In this document: piece after piece, positions 8,233-16,589 of the stretch | Position numbering within the stretch: position 1 is the stretch's first letter | How the letters are laid out: every line of letters starts with the position of its first letter | NCBI GenBank assembly: GCA_035655475.1 | Contig: DASRUK010000109.1 | Span: 1-40,600, forward strand | DNA: 40,600 bases | Source of the DNA: Candidatus Nanoarchaeia archaeon | GTDB taxonomy: Archaea > Nanobdellota > Nanobdellia > Woesearchaeales > JACPBV01 | Direction of reading: 5' to 3' | Program-made: the position numbers and the translations under genes | The notes under the pieces: model-generated | Told to the model about the DNA's origin: nothing | Database searches by the model: none | The model's input: only the letters and a program-made list of their open reading frames with translations

Positions 8233-10074
8233 ATGGAAACTGATAATGAGAGCTTGAGAAAGCTGAAATCACTTGGAAATAAGCATGTTGAGTCAATAGT
8301 ACAGCAATATATTGAAATCTGCAGACCTGATGAGGTTATCGTCTTTGATAATTCAGAAGATGATATACTCAGAGCAAGAAAGCTTGCGCTTAATGGTGAA
8401 GAAAGGGCGCTAAGGACAAAAGGACATACTGTGCATTTCGACGGACCTAAAGACCAGGGAAGGGATCTTATCAATACATGCGTACTTGTTCCAAAAGGGG
8501 TAAAGCTAAGCGAAGCGATAAAAACTATCGATAGGGAAGAAGGGATAAAAGAGGTAATGGGAATACTTGAGGGCATAATGAGGGGCAAGACCATGTTTGT
8601 CAAATTCTATTGCCTTGGACCAAACAATTCCAAATTCAGCATACCTGCTCTTCAAATCACTGATTCGGCCTATGTGATCCATAGCGAAGATATACTTTAC
8701 AGGCAAGGGTATGATGAGTTTAAGGCATTGAAAGGGTCAAAGAATTTTTTTCATTTTATCCATTCAGCAGGCGAGATTGAAAACAATGTCAGCAAGAATA
8801 TCGATAAAAGAAGGATATATATGGACCTTATTGAAGAAAGGGTGTTTACTGTCAACAATCAATATGCAGGAAACAGCGTCGGCTTAAAGAAACTTGCACT
8901 GCGTCTTGCAATAAGCAAGGCAAACAAGGAAGACTGGCTTTGCGAACATATGTTTGTGATGGGAGCAAGGCCTGAAGGCAAAAACAGAGTGACTTATTTT
9001 ACAGGTGCATTTCCTACTGCCTGCGGCAAGACTTCGACTGCAATGATCCCTGGACAGACCATAATAGGAGATGACATCGCTTATATCCGGCCTGATGAAG
9101 AAGGTACCGCCAGGGCTGTCAATGTCGAGCAGGGTATATTTGGCATAATCTCAGATATCAATCCAAAGGATGATCCTTTGATATACAAGGCGCTAACGAC
9201 TCCGAGAGAGACAATATTTTCAAATATTTTTGTGAAGGATGATATGCCCTATTGGAACGGCATGGGAAAGGAGATTCCTTCTGAAGGCGTCAATTTTTCC
9301 GGCGAATGGTCCAAAGGAAAGAAGGACAGCAAAGGGAATGATATCCCTCCTGCACATCCTAATGCACGCTATACTATCGGGATAAACGAGCTTGACAACG
9401 CTGATTCCAAGGCAGATTCTCCTATCGGTGTTCCTGTATCTGGTTTTATATACGGCGGAAGGGATTCTGATACTACAGTTCCTGTACTTCAGTCACTTAG
9501 TTGGCAGCATGGAGTCTTTATTGGCGCTGCACTTGAGTCTGAGACGGTTACAGGAACAACTGACAAGGCAGGCGTACGGAAGTTCAATCCGATGTCAAAC
9601 ATCGAGTTTTTAACTGTGCCTCTAGGAGTTTATATCAAGAACCACCTAACGTTTGGAGAAGAGCTTGACAAGCCTCCTCTAGTCTTTGCCACCAATTACT
9701 TCCTGCAGAAAGATGGAAAGTATGTCAACGGCAAGCTAGACAAGAAGGTATGGATACTCTGGATGGAAGGAAGAGTGCATAATGAATATGAGGCGATAGA
9801 GACCCCTATTGGACTTTTACCCAAGTATAATGATCTGAAAAAGCTGTTTAGGGCTGTGTTTTCCAAGGATTACTCTCGTGAGGAGTATGAGTACCAGTTC
9901 TCTGTGCGTATTAATAAGTTGCTTGAGAAACTCGACAGGATAGAGCTGATATACAAGGTCGAGCAGGATATACCTGATATCTTCCACGAGCACTTAAACC
10001 AGCAAAGGCAAAGGCTAAAATCAGCAAGGGAAAAGTTTGGAAAGGATGTCATAAGCCCGTTTGAGTTTGAATAA
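8233..10074 (+). CDS. pckG: Phosphoenolpyruvate carboxykinase (GTP)
   Basis: A 613-aa ORF. It has the kinase-1a P-loop GAFPTACGKTSTAM, plus IGDDIAYIRPDEEG and NARYT motifs, and length and order typical of GTP-dependent PEPCK. Confidence 0.95.
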   Translation: METDNESLRKLKSLGNKHVESIVQQYIEICRPDEVIVFDNSEDDILRARKLALNGEERALRTKGHTVHFDGPKDQGRDLINTCVLVPKGVKLSEAIKTIDREEGIKEVMGILEGIMRGKTMFVKFYCLGPNNSKFSIPALQITDSAYVIHSEDILYRQGYDEFKALKGSKNFFHFIHSAGEIENNVSKNIDKRRIYMDLIEERVFTVNNQYAGNSVGLKKLALRLAISKANKEDWLCEHMFVMGARPEGKNRVTYFTGAFPTACGKTSTAMIPGQTIIGDDIAYIRPDEEGTARAVNVEQGIFGIISDINPKDDPLIYKALTTPRETIFSNIFVKDDMPYWNGMGKEIPSEGVNFSGEWSKGKKDSKGNDIPPAHPNARYTIGINELDNADSKADSPIGVPVSGFIYGGRDSDTTVPVLQSLSWQHGVFIGAALESETVTGTTDKAGVRKFNPMSNIEFLTVPLGVYIKNHLTFGEELDKPPLVFATNYFLQKDGKYVNGKLDKKVWILWMEGRVHNEYEAIETPIGLLPKYNDLKKLFRAVFSKDYSREEYEYQFSVRINKLLEKLDRIELIYKVEQDIPDIFHEHLNQQRQRLKSAREKFGKDVISPFEFE

Positions 10075-10084
10075 GTTTAAATAC
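10073..10084 (+). promoter_or_regulatory. TATA-box-like element (AAGTTTAAATAC) overlapping the pckG stop, serving the NFACT gene
   Basis: The TTTAAA centre lies ~27.5 nt upstream of ATG 10106. Confidence 0.45.
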
Positions 10085-10105
10085 AGTTTTCTATTTTTTA
10101 AGATT

Positions 10106-11197
10106 ATGAAAGCTGGCCTAGCATCTATTGAGATACATTATCTGGTTGAGGAATTGCAGTTTCTTATAGGGGGCAGAGTGGACAACATCTACAACCCTTC
10201 AAATGAAGAGCTGCTTATCCAATTCTTTGTGTCTGGAAAGAGCAAACAGATGCTTAGGATAATTTCTGGCAAATTCATGTATCTGGCCTCTGAAAAAGAG
10301 GAAGCAGGGTCGCCTTCGGGCTTTTGCATGCTGCTTAGAAAACATCTTGGAAATGCAAAGCTTAGGAGTATAAGGCAGATTGAGCCTGAAAGGATAGTGG
10401 AAATGCTGTTTGAAAAGGATGAGATAAAGAAGGTCATCGTGGAGCTCTTTGGCAAGGGAAATATCCTAATATGCGATAAAGAAGATAACATAATCTCTGC
10501 GCTTGTATACCACAAGTTCAAGGACAGAGAGATAAAACAAGGACTGAAATATTCCTATCCGCAGATGGGTATAAACCTATTTGACATAGCTGAGAAAGAG
10601 ATAGAGAAAGTATTTGCAGAGTCAGGCAACACCCTTGTAAAAACTCTTGCCACCTGCCTTGGCCTTGGCGGCACTTATTCTGAGGAGATATGCAATATCT
10701 CTGGGGTGGATAAGAACAAGAAGGCATCAGAGGCAAAACAAGAGATAAACCCAATAAACAAGGCATTGAAAAGAGTCATAAAGGGAGAGAAAGAGGCTGC
10801 AATAATATTTAAGGACAAAGAGGTCAAGGATATAGTCCCAATCAAGCTCAATATCTTTGAGGGTTATGAACAAAAGGTGTTTAAATCCTATAATGAAGCG
10901 CTTGACCATTACTTTCTTTCTGTCAAGGAAGTGCCAAAAAATCCCCAGATAGAGAAGCTTAAGAGAATAATCGTCAACCAGGAAGAAAAAATCAAGAGCC
11001 TTGAGCATGAAGAGATAACTGAAAGGCAGAAGGGAGATTATATCTACCAAAACTATGCCTCAATAGGAAGAATAGTCGAAGAGATCAAGGAAGTGGTAAA
11101 AAAAGAAGGATGGGGAGGCCTAGAAAAAAAGGCAGAGGGGCATAAGATAGTAAAAGCGGTGAAGGCCAAAGACAAGACTGTCGAGATAGAATTATAG
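10106..11197 (+). CDS. NFACT-N (FbpA/Rqc2-like) ribosome-quality-control protein homologue, short form lacking NFACT-R
   Basis: The N-terminus MKAGLASIEIHYLVEELQFLIGGRVDNIYNP...LLIQF is typical of NFACT-N. An HhH-like LATCLGLGGTYSEEIC and a coiled-coil region follow. I chose ATG 10106 over the track's TTG 10061 because of the TATA spacing. Confidence 0.8.
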   Translation: MKAGLASIEIHYLVEELQFLIGGRVDNIYNPSNEELLIQFFVSGKSKQMLRIISGKFMYLASEKEEAGSPSGFCMLLRKHLGNAKLRSIRQIEPERIVEMLFEKDEIKKVIVELFGKGNILICDKEDNIISALVYHKFKDREIKQGLKYSYPQMGINLFDIAEKEIEKVFAESGNTLVKTLATCLGLGGTYSEEICNISGVDKNKKASEAKQEINPINKALKRVIKGEKEAAIIFKDKEVKDIVPIKLNIFEGYEQKVFKSYNEALDHYFLSVKEVPKNPQIEKLKRIIVNQEEKIKSLEHEEITERQKGDYIYQNYASIGRIVEEIKEVVKKEGWGGLEKKAEGHKIVKAVKAKDKTVEIEL

Positions 11198-11205
11198 TTC
11201 TTAGA

Positions 11206-11220
11206 AAAGTTTAAATAAAA
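11206..11220 (+). promoter_or_regulatory. TATA-box-like element (AAAGTTTAAATAAAA)
   Basis: The TTTAAA centre lies ~28.5 nt upstream of ATG 11241. Confidence 0.45.
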
Positions 11221-11240
11221 AGGGACAAAAGAAAAAGATT

Positions 11241-12107
11241 ATGGCTTTAGGCAGAGAACTTGACAGGTATATATCAGGCAAAAGGAAGAGAGAAAGTTTT
11301 TCTTCCTTCAAAGAGAGGGTGCTGAACAAAAAATCAGCTCTTTCTAACAAGATGTTTGACCGTCTGGGAGCTATTACTCAGGGAGGAGAAGCAGCAAAGC
11401 CAGATGTTCCTGAAGATGAGGGATGGAAAGAGGTTCTTTTAGAGGGCTCTGCTGAGCCAGAGACGGTCATCGACGAGCCAGTGATAAAACAAGCACAGCC
11501 GGCAGTAAACAAAGAGCCAGTTCAAAGGCCTACAACCCAAGAAAGAAATATCCCACATACACAACCCCCTGCCAGAGAGACAAACGAAGAGACTGCTGAG
11601 GAGATAAGGGAATCAAACAAAGGCAGGCTTGAACAACTTAGGATAGCAAGAAAGCAAGAAAGAATGGGCGCCCTAAGAGGGAAGGTTTTTAACATACTTT
11701 TCAAGAAGAAAGAGAAGAAGGAAAAAGATATGGCTGAACAGGTCAGGACAGAGATAAGGCTGCAGGCAAAAAAGGAAGAGGCAAGCAAAAGAGCGATAAT
11801 CCCCGAGAAGCCCAAGATAGTCGAACATAAAAAATCATTCTTCTCAAACTTCATAGAGATAAAGACCGCCGAGGAGATAGCTGAGGATGACAAGGCAGCG
11901 GCAATGCAAGAACAGGCAGTAGCCAATGTGGAAGAGATAAACAACCTACTTTCAGGGCAGCCTGGCGAGATAAGGACAAACTGTCCTGCGCAGAATCCTC
12001 TTGAGTTTCCTGAACTCTTCCCTGCTAGGAAGGAAAGCGCGATAGAGGTAGGAAAGGTCATATCCCTTGATAATGACTATAAGATAAAAGTCATCAGGAA
12101 TAACTAA
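11241..12107 (+). CDS. Hypothetical K/E/Q-rich, probably disordered protein
   Basis: A 288-aa ORF with a correctly spaced TATA box. Composition is low-complexity and charged, with no recognisable motif. Confidence 0.55.
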   Translation: MALGRELDRYISGKRKRESFSSFKERVLNKKSALSNKMFDRLGAITQGGEAAKPDVPEDEGWKEVLLEGSAEPETVIDEPVIKQAQPAVNKEPVQRPTTQERNIPHTQPPARETNEETAEEIRESNKGRLEQLRIARKQERMGALRGKVFNILFKKKEKKEKDMAEQVRTEIRLQAKKEEASKRAIIPEKPKIVEHKKSFFSNFIEIKTAEEIAEDDKAAAMQEQAVANVEEINNLLSGQPGEIRTNCPAQNPLEFPELFPARKESAIEVGKVISLDNDYKIKVIRNN

Positions 12108-12113
12108 AAAACG

Positions 12114-12127
12114 TTATATTTTTAAAG
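12114..12127 (+). promoter_or_regulatory. TATA-box-like element (TTATATTTTTAAAG) for the 5S rRNA
   Basis: The TTTAAA centre lies ~25-27 nt upstream of the inferred 5S 5' end. Confidence 0.5.
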
Positions 12128-12147
12128 ACAGATAAGTTTCTAGCTTG

Positions 12148-12262
12148 TTAGACGGCCATAGGGGCTTGGCTCCACTGGTTCCCATTTCGAACACCACCGT
12201 TAAGCAAGCCACCGTTCCTGAGAGTACTGCACTACGTGGGAAATCGGGAAAGCTGTCGCCCT
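12148..12262 (+). rRNA. 5S ribosomal RNA (archaeal type), not linked to 16S/23S in this window
   Basis: GACGGCCATAGGGGCTTGG...GGTTCCCATTTCGAACACCACCGTTAAGC...GAGAGTACTGCACTACGTGGGAAATCGGGAAAGCTGTCGCCC carries the conserved 5S blocks (CCCAUUUCGAAC, GUUAAGC, GUACUG, GGGAA). Terminal helix I pairs GACGGC with GCUGUC. A T6 run follows. Ends are approximate to +/-3 nt. Confidence 0.9.
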
Positions 12263-12267
12263 TTTTT
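12262..12267 (+). terminator. Oligo-T (T6) archaeal-type terminator after the 5S rRNA
   Basis: A TTTTTT run lies immediately 3' of helix I of the 5S. Confidence 0.5.
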
Positions 12268-12302
12268 ACTATGCATAAATAATTAATCCAACACTTCATA
12301 AT

Positions 12303-12340
12303 CTTTTTAAACTATTATCCCTTCTTTTTTCAATGGTGAT
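12303..12340 (+). promoter_or_regulatory. TATA-like element (CTTTTTAAACTATT) plus Shine-Dalgarno-like GGTGAT for the ugd operon
   Basis: The TTTAAA centre lies ~35 nt upstream of ATG 12344, longer than at leaderless genes. GGTGAT at 12335-12340 sits 3 nt before the ATG. Confidence 0.4.
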
Positions 12341-12343
12341 ACA

Positions 12344-13651
12344 ATGAAAATAGCAGTGATGGGGACAGGTTATGTTGGACTTACCGTTGGGACATGCCTT
12401 GCAGAACTTGGCAATGAAGTTATCTGTGTCGATGTCGATGAAAAAAAGATCAAAAGCCTAAATGAAGGCAAGATTCCAATATATGAGCCTGGACTTGAGG
12501 ATATGCTCAAAAGAAATTTCAAAGAGAAAAGGATACTATTCTCTACAGACAGCAAAACTGCCATAACCAGTTCCTCTGTCATATTTATCGCAGTGGGAAC
12601 ACCTCCTGGAAAAGACCACACAGCTGATCTGTCTTTTGTAAAGCAGGTGGCAAAAAATATAGGAAGCCATATGAACGCGTATAAAGTCATAGTCAACAAG
12701 AGCACTGTCCCTGTGGGGACAGCACAGCTTGTCAGCCAGATAGTCAAGGAAAGCCAAAGGCAGGCTATGGACTTTGATGTCGTGTCAAACCCTGAGTTCC
12801 TCAGGGAGGGAGAGGCGATAAACGATTTTATGATGCCTGACAGAATAGTGATAGGGGCTGACAGCGAGAAGGCAAGGAAGGTCATGGAGAACATCTATAT
12901 AGGAATAGCCAGGACAAGCAAGCCTATAATGTTTACAGACACAAAAAGTGCAGAGATAATAAAGTATGCAAGCAACGCTATGCTTGCTACAAGGATAAGC
13001 TTCATGAACGAGATAGCAAGGCTTTGCGAAAAGGCAGGCGGCGATGTAAAGGAGGTCGCCAAGGGAATGGGCTTTGATTCAAGGATAGGGCCAAGATTTC
13101 TTCAAGCAGGTGTAGGTTACGGCGGGAGCTGCTTTCCTAAAGATGTAAAAGCGCTTGAACAGACGATGAACAGTTATAACATCAAGAGCCAGATCCTTAA
13201 AGCAGTAGAGCAGGTAAACGAGGAGCAAAAAAAATCTGTCCTTCCAAAAATAAAGAAAATTTTGCCTGAGCTTAAAGGGAAGACTATTGCAGTATGGGGC
13301 CTTGCATTCAAGCCAAAGACAGACGATATGAGAGAGGCACCATCACTGGTAATAATAGACCAGCTGCAGGCAGAAGGAGCAAGGATAAAGGCGTTTGACC
13401 CTGAAGCAGAAGCTACGGCAAAACTTGTCCTTAAAGATGTCGAATATGCAGGCCATCCTTTGGAAGCCATAGAGGGAGCTGACGCCCTTATCATAGTTAC
13501 AGAATGGAATGAATTTAGAAACCTTGACAAGGAAAAAATGATACAGCTCATGAAGCATCCAAACATAATAGACGGCAGAAATGTCTATGAGCCAAAAGAG
13601 ATGAATGCCTTAGGATTTAATTATATGGGTGTGGGCAGAGGGACAGAATGA
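12344..13651 (+). CDS. ugd: UDP-glucose 6-dehydrogenase family (UDP-sugar 6-dehydrogenase; a WbpA-like UDP-GlcNAc specificity cannot be excluded)
   Basis: A 435-aa ORF. It has the N-terminal Rossmann motif MKIAVMGTGYVGLTVGTCLAELGNEV, the catalytic-Cys motif GGSCFPKD, and the central and C-terminal domain order of the family. Confidence 0.9.
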   Translation: MKIAVMGTGYVGLTVGTCLAELGNEVICVDVDEKKIKSLNEGKIPIYEPGLEDMLKRNFKEKRILFSTDSKTAITSSSVIFIAVGTPPGKDHTADLSFVKQVAKNIGSHMNAYKVIVNKSTVPVGTAQLVSQIVKESQRQAMDFDVVSNPEFLREGEAINDFMMPDRIVIGADSEKARKVMENIYIGIARTSKPIMFTDTKSAEIIKYASNAMLATRISFMNEIARLCEKAGGDVKEVAKGMGFDSRIGPRFLQAGVGYGGSCFPKDVKALEQTMNSYNIKSQILKAVEQVNEEQKKSVLPKIKKILPELKGKTIAVWGLAFKPKTDDMREAPSLVIIDQLQAEGARIKAFDPEAEATAKLVLKDVEYAGHPLEAIEGADALIIVTEWNEFRNLDKEKMIQLMKHPNIIDGRNVYEPKEMNALGFNYMGVGRGTE

Positions 13652-14382
13652 AAGCGATAATCCTTGCAGCGGGATATGCAACAAGGCTTTATCCTCTTAC
13701 CAAAGATAAGGCAAAGCCCCTTCTTTCTGTCGCCGGAAAGCCAATCATAGAGCATATAATCTCCAAGGTCGAACAGGTAGATGAGGTAAGCGAGATATTC
13801 ATCGTAACAAACGACAAATTCGCAGAGCAATTCGAGAAGTGGGCTTTAGGCTTTAGATGCAGCAAGAAAATAAAAATAGTCAATGACATGACGAAGACAA
13901 ATGAAGATAGGCTTGGGTCTCTTGGGGATGTCGATTTCGTCCTGGAACATGAGAAAGTAAAAGAGAGCATACTGGTGATAGCAGGAGACAACCTTTTCCA
14001 CTTTTCCCTAAGAGAATTTGTGCAGAGCCATAAGAAGCACAACAAAAGCGCTGTCGCGTTATATGACGTAAATGATATGGAGCTTGCCAAACAATACGGC
14101 ATCGTAGGTGTAAACAAAGAGAACAAGATGATAGAGTTCGCAGAAAAGCCGGCACAGCCAAAGTCCACACTTGCATCTACCGGAGTATATATATACCCGC
14201 CCCATGTACTGCCGATGCTTGACGATTTTGTGAAAAAATTTAAAAACAGCGACAAAGCAGGTAACTTCCTCGAATGGCTGCATAAGGAAGAGCATGTATA
14301 CTGCTATATCACAAAGGATAAATGGTTTGATATAGGCACACATGAACAACTAGCCAAAGCACAGGAGGAATTTAAGGAATAA
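13648..14382 (+). CDS. Sugar-1-phosphate nucleotidylyltransferase (glucose-1-phosphate uridylyl/thymidylyltransferase-like)
   Basis: A 244-aa ORF with a 4-nt ATGA overlap with ugd. It has the N-terminal signature MKAIILAAGYATRLYPLTKDKAKPLL and VIAGDNL. Confidence 0.85.
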   Translation: MKAIILAAGYATRLYPLTKDKAKPLLSVAGKPIIEHIISKVEQVDEVSEIFIVTNDKFAEQFEKWALGFRCSKKIKIVNDMTKTNEDRLGSLGDVDFVLEHEKVKESILVIAGDNLFHFSLREFVQSHKKHNKSAVALYDVNDMELAKQYGIVGVNKENKMIEFAEKPAQPKSTLASTGVYIYPPHVLPMLDDFVKKFKNSDKAGNFLEWLHKEEHVYCYITKDKWFDIGTHEQLAKAQEEFKE

Positions 14383-14403
14383 AAATCCCAACCGCCCCAA
14401 GGG

Positions 14404-14434
14404 GCAGGGTATTCTTAAAGTTAAGATACCCTGC
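14404..14434 (+). promoter_or_regulatory. 31-nt imperfect palindrome/hairpin (GCAGGGTAT[T]CTTAA-AG-TTAAGATACCCTGC) in the 114-nt spacer before the UXS gene
   Basis: Read directly from the sequence: 9 bp, a one-nt bulge, then up to 5 bp. A third copy of the arm, GGTATCTTAA, lies at 14484-14493, abutting ATG 14497. Function unknown. Confidence 0.4.
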
Positions 14435-14496
14435 AAAGAAAGGCAAAAATGAATGAGAGTAACCCAGTCGGGCTAGTGGCGGCGGTATCTTAACAA

Positions 14497-15426
14497 ATGA
14501 AGACAATTGTTGTCAGCGGAGGAGCAGGATTTATCGGTTCACATCTCTGCGATAGCCTTATCAATTCCAATAAGATAATATGTGTCGACAACCTTTTTAC
14601 AGGAAGCAAAGCAAACATAAGCCATCTCCTCAAGAACCCTAACTTTACCTTTATCAAGCATGATACCATAGATCCTTTGTTTCTAGACGACCTCAAAATA
14701 GACCAAATTTACAACCTGGCATGCCCTGCATCACCTGTCCATTACCAATTCAATGCTATAAGGACAATAAAAGCAAATGTGCTTGGGACGACAAATATGC
14801 TTGGCCTTGCAAAAAAACACAAAGCAAGGATACTTCAGGCATCAACCTCTGAGGTCTATGGAGATCCGCTTGAGCATCCGCAGAAGGAGAGTTATTGGGG
14901 CAATGTCAACTGCACAGGAATTAGAGCATGCTATGACGAAGGGAAAAGATGCGCTGAGACACTTTGTTTTGACTATCACCGGCAAAACAAGGTAGACATA
15001 AGGGTAGTCAGGATATTCAACACTTACGGGCCAAGGATGGCAAAGGATGATGGCAGGGTGGTATCAAACTTTATCACCAAGGCACTGCAGGGAAAGGATA
15101 TTACGGTATACGGCGATGGAAGCCAGACAAGGAGTTTTTGCTACATCAGTGATCTTATCGATGGATTAATAAAGATGATGAACAATGATGAGTTTGTGGG
15201 GCCAGTCAACCTTGGGAATCCTGAAGAGTTTACAATACTGGAGCTTGCCAAAAAAATCATTGAGCTGTCGGACTCTAAATCAAAGATAATGTTTGAGAAG
15301 CTGCCTGAGGATGATCCCCGGCTGAGAAGGCCTGATATTAGTAAGGTAACTGCAAGAATCGGATGGCGACCTAAGGTACGATTAGACAAAGGCTTAACAA
15401 GGACAATCGATTTCTTTAAAAAATGA
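14497..15426 (+). CDS. uxs: UDP-glucuronate decarboxylase (UDP-xylose synthase), extended SDR
   Basis: A 309-aa ORF with [23 protein letters not shown] and [45 protein letters not shown]. This is a near-canonical UXS signature. Confidence 0.9.
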   Translation: MKTIVVSGGAGFIGSHLCDSLINSNKIICVDNLFTGSKANISHLLKNPNFTFIKHDTIDPLFLDDLKIDQIYNLACPASPVHYQFNAIRTIKANVLGTTNMLGLAKKHKARILQASTSEVYGDPLEHPQKESYWGNVNCTGIRACYDEGKRCAETLCFDYHRQNKVDIRVVRIFNTYGPRMAKDDGRVVSNFITKALQGKDITVYGDGSQTRSFCYISDLIDGLIKMMNNDEFVGPVNLGNPEEFTILELAKKIIELSDSKSKIMFEKLPEDDPRLRRPDISKVTARIGWRPKVRLDKGLTRTIDFFKK

Positions 15427-16589
15427 GAATTTGCATACTAAGTACAACCTACCCAAGGTACAAAGAAGATGCTTGGGTGCCGTTTACCCATTCATTATCA
15501 AAAGAGCTGGCAAAAAAACATCAAGTTACAGTCGTAACCTCTTCGGATATAGCAGCAAAGGATTATGAAAAGAGGGATAAAGTAAAGATAATCCGCTTCA
15601 TCTATTTCTTACCTAAAAAATGGCAGATGTTGACTTACAGAGGAGGCATGCTTGAAAGCTTTAACTCAAGTTTGCTTGCAAAAGTGCAAGCTCCTTTATT
15701 CCTTCTCTCTTTTTTCTTAAAGGCGCTCAAACACAGCAGGAGATGCGATATCATCCATGCCTATTGGTCCTTATCTGGCTTGATTGCTGTGCTAGTAAGC
15801 AAGATACGGAAGAAACCTATAGTGTTGACACTTCATGGGTCGGATATAAGGTCACTGCCCAGATGGCTGAATAGATATGTGGTCAATAATGTTGATGCTG
15901 TCGTGAGCGCTCATCATGAGCTCCTTGATATCGCTGAAAAACTCGGTCGTAAAGAGGAATTATACAACATCAAAAATCCGATCGACAGCAAATTCTATTC
16001 CAAGATAAAGACAGATGGTGTGAAAAAGGAATTCGGTCTTAAGGTTGAATATGTTGTGAGTTTTATCGGACGGCTAGAGCCGATGAAGGATCCGCTCACT
16101 TTTATCAAGGCTATACCTTTTGTGCTAGCGCAGATGAACGGGATTAAATTTTTTCTTGTTGGCGATGGGCACCTTATGCAGGAGGCTGTTCGCCTGGCGG
16201 AAAAACTTAAGGTTAAGGAGCATCTTTTCATAATAGGGCAGAGACATGACACGCATGAAATATTGAAAGCCACTGATATTTTTATCGCGATTAGTCCGCT
16301 GGAAAACTGTTTTAGCACAACAATTATCGAATCAATGAGCTTGAAAGTCCCGTGCATCATCACCGACGCAGGATATACAAAAAAATTCTTCACTCACAGG
16401 AAAGACTGTTATCTGGTTAAAAGCAGAGATGAAAAGGAACTTGCAAATGCTATCATCACCCTTTTACTTGAGCAGGACCTAAGAAGAAAGATTGCGCTCA
16501 ATGGCCTTAAATTTCTTGACAACAATAAATTCAACAACAGCCAGATAATTAAAGGATACCAAGCTGTCTACAAGTCAGTGTTTACTTGA
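15423..16589 (+). CDS. Glycosyltransferase, GT4-like (GT-B fold, Glycos_transf_1)
   Basis: A 388-aa ORF with a 4-nt ATGA overlap. The C-terminal half has an E-x(7-8)-E-like block [25 protein letters not shown] and typical GT-B organisation. Confidence 0.8.
   Translation: MRICILSTTYPRYKEDAWVPFTHSLSKELAKKHQVTVVTSSDIAAKDYEKRDKVKIIRFIYFLPKKWQMLTYRGGMLESFNSSLLAKVQAPLFLLSFFLKALKHSRRCDIIHAYWSLSGLIAVLVSKIRKKPIVLTLHGSDIRSLPRWLNRYVVNNVDAVVSAHHELLDIAEKLGRKEELYNIKNPIDSKFYSKIKTDGVKKEFGLKVEYVVSFIGRLEPMKDPLTFIKAIPFVLAQMNGIKFFLVGDGHLMQEAVRLAEKLKVKEHLFIIGQRHDTHEILKATDIFIAISPLENCFSTTIIESMSLKVPCIITDAGYTKKFFTHRKDCYLVKSRDEKELANAIITLLLEQDLRRKIALNGLKFLDNNKFNNSQIIKGYQAVYKSVFT

Noticed and set aside
11522-12061. A 179-aa antisense ORF opposite the K/E-rich gene.
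   Set aside because: It is a Ser/Leu/Phe-rich shadow of a purine-rich (GAA/AAG) coding strand. It has no promoter or start context and is fully nested in a sense ORF that has a correctly spaced TATA box.
12114-12299. A 61-aa ORF on the minus strand in the six-frame track.
   Set aside because: It lies entirely over the 5S rRNA gene and its promoter and terminator. The rRNA identification is far stronger, so the ORF is treated as spurious.
12370-14255. Long antisense ORFs (174 aa at 12370-12894, 130 aa at 13174-13566, 188 aa at 13689-14255) opposite ugd and the nucleotidyltransferase.
   Set aside because: The sense-strand products carry unambiguous enzyme motifs. The antisense translations are low-complexity and hydrophobic, typical shadow ORFs in AT-rich genomes.
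14394-14405. A short palindrome GCCCCAAGGGGC just after the nucleotidyltransferase stop, considered as a terminator hairpin.
   Set aside because: The 2-nt loop is sterically implausible for an RNA hairpin, and no T-tract follows. It also competes with the longer adjacent palindrome. It is noted only as part of the structured spacer.
14497-15426. The possibility that the UXS-like SDR is an ArnA-C-type decarboxylase feeding the ArnB/ArnC/ArnT-like genes at 33854-37372, giving a full Ara4N pathway with ugd.
   Set aside because: The motif block SEVYGDP.EHPQ.E.YWG.VN..G.R.CYDEGKR.AE looks like canonical UDP-xylose synthase. The gene lies 18 kb away in another operon, and no formyltransferase or deformylase is present. 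It is kept only as an alternative to test by phylogeny.
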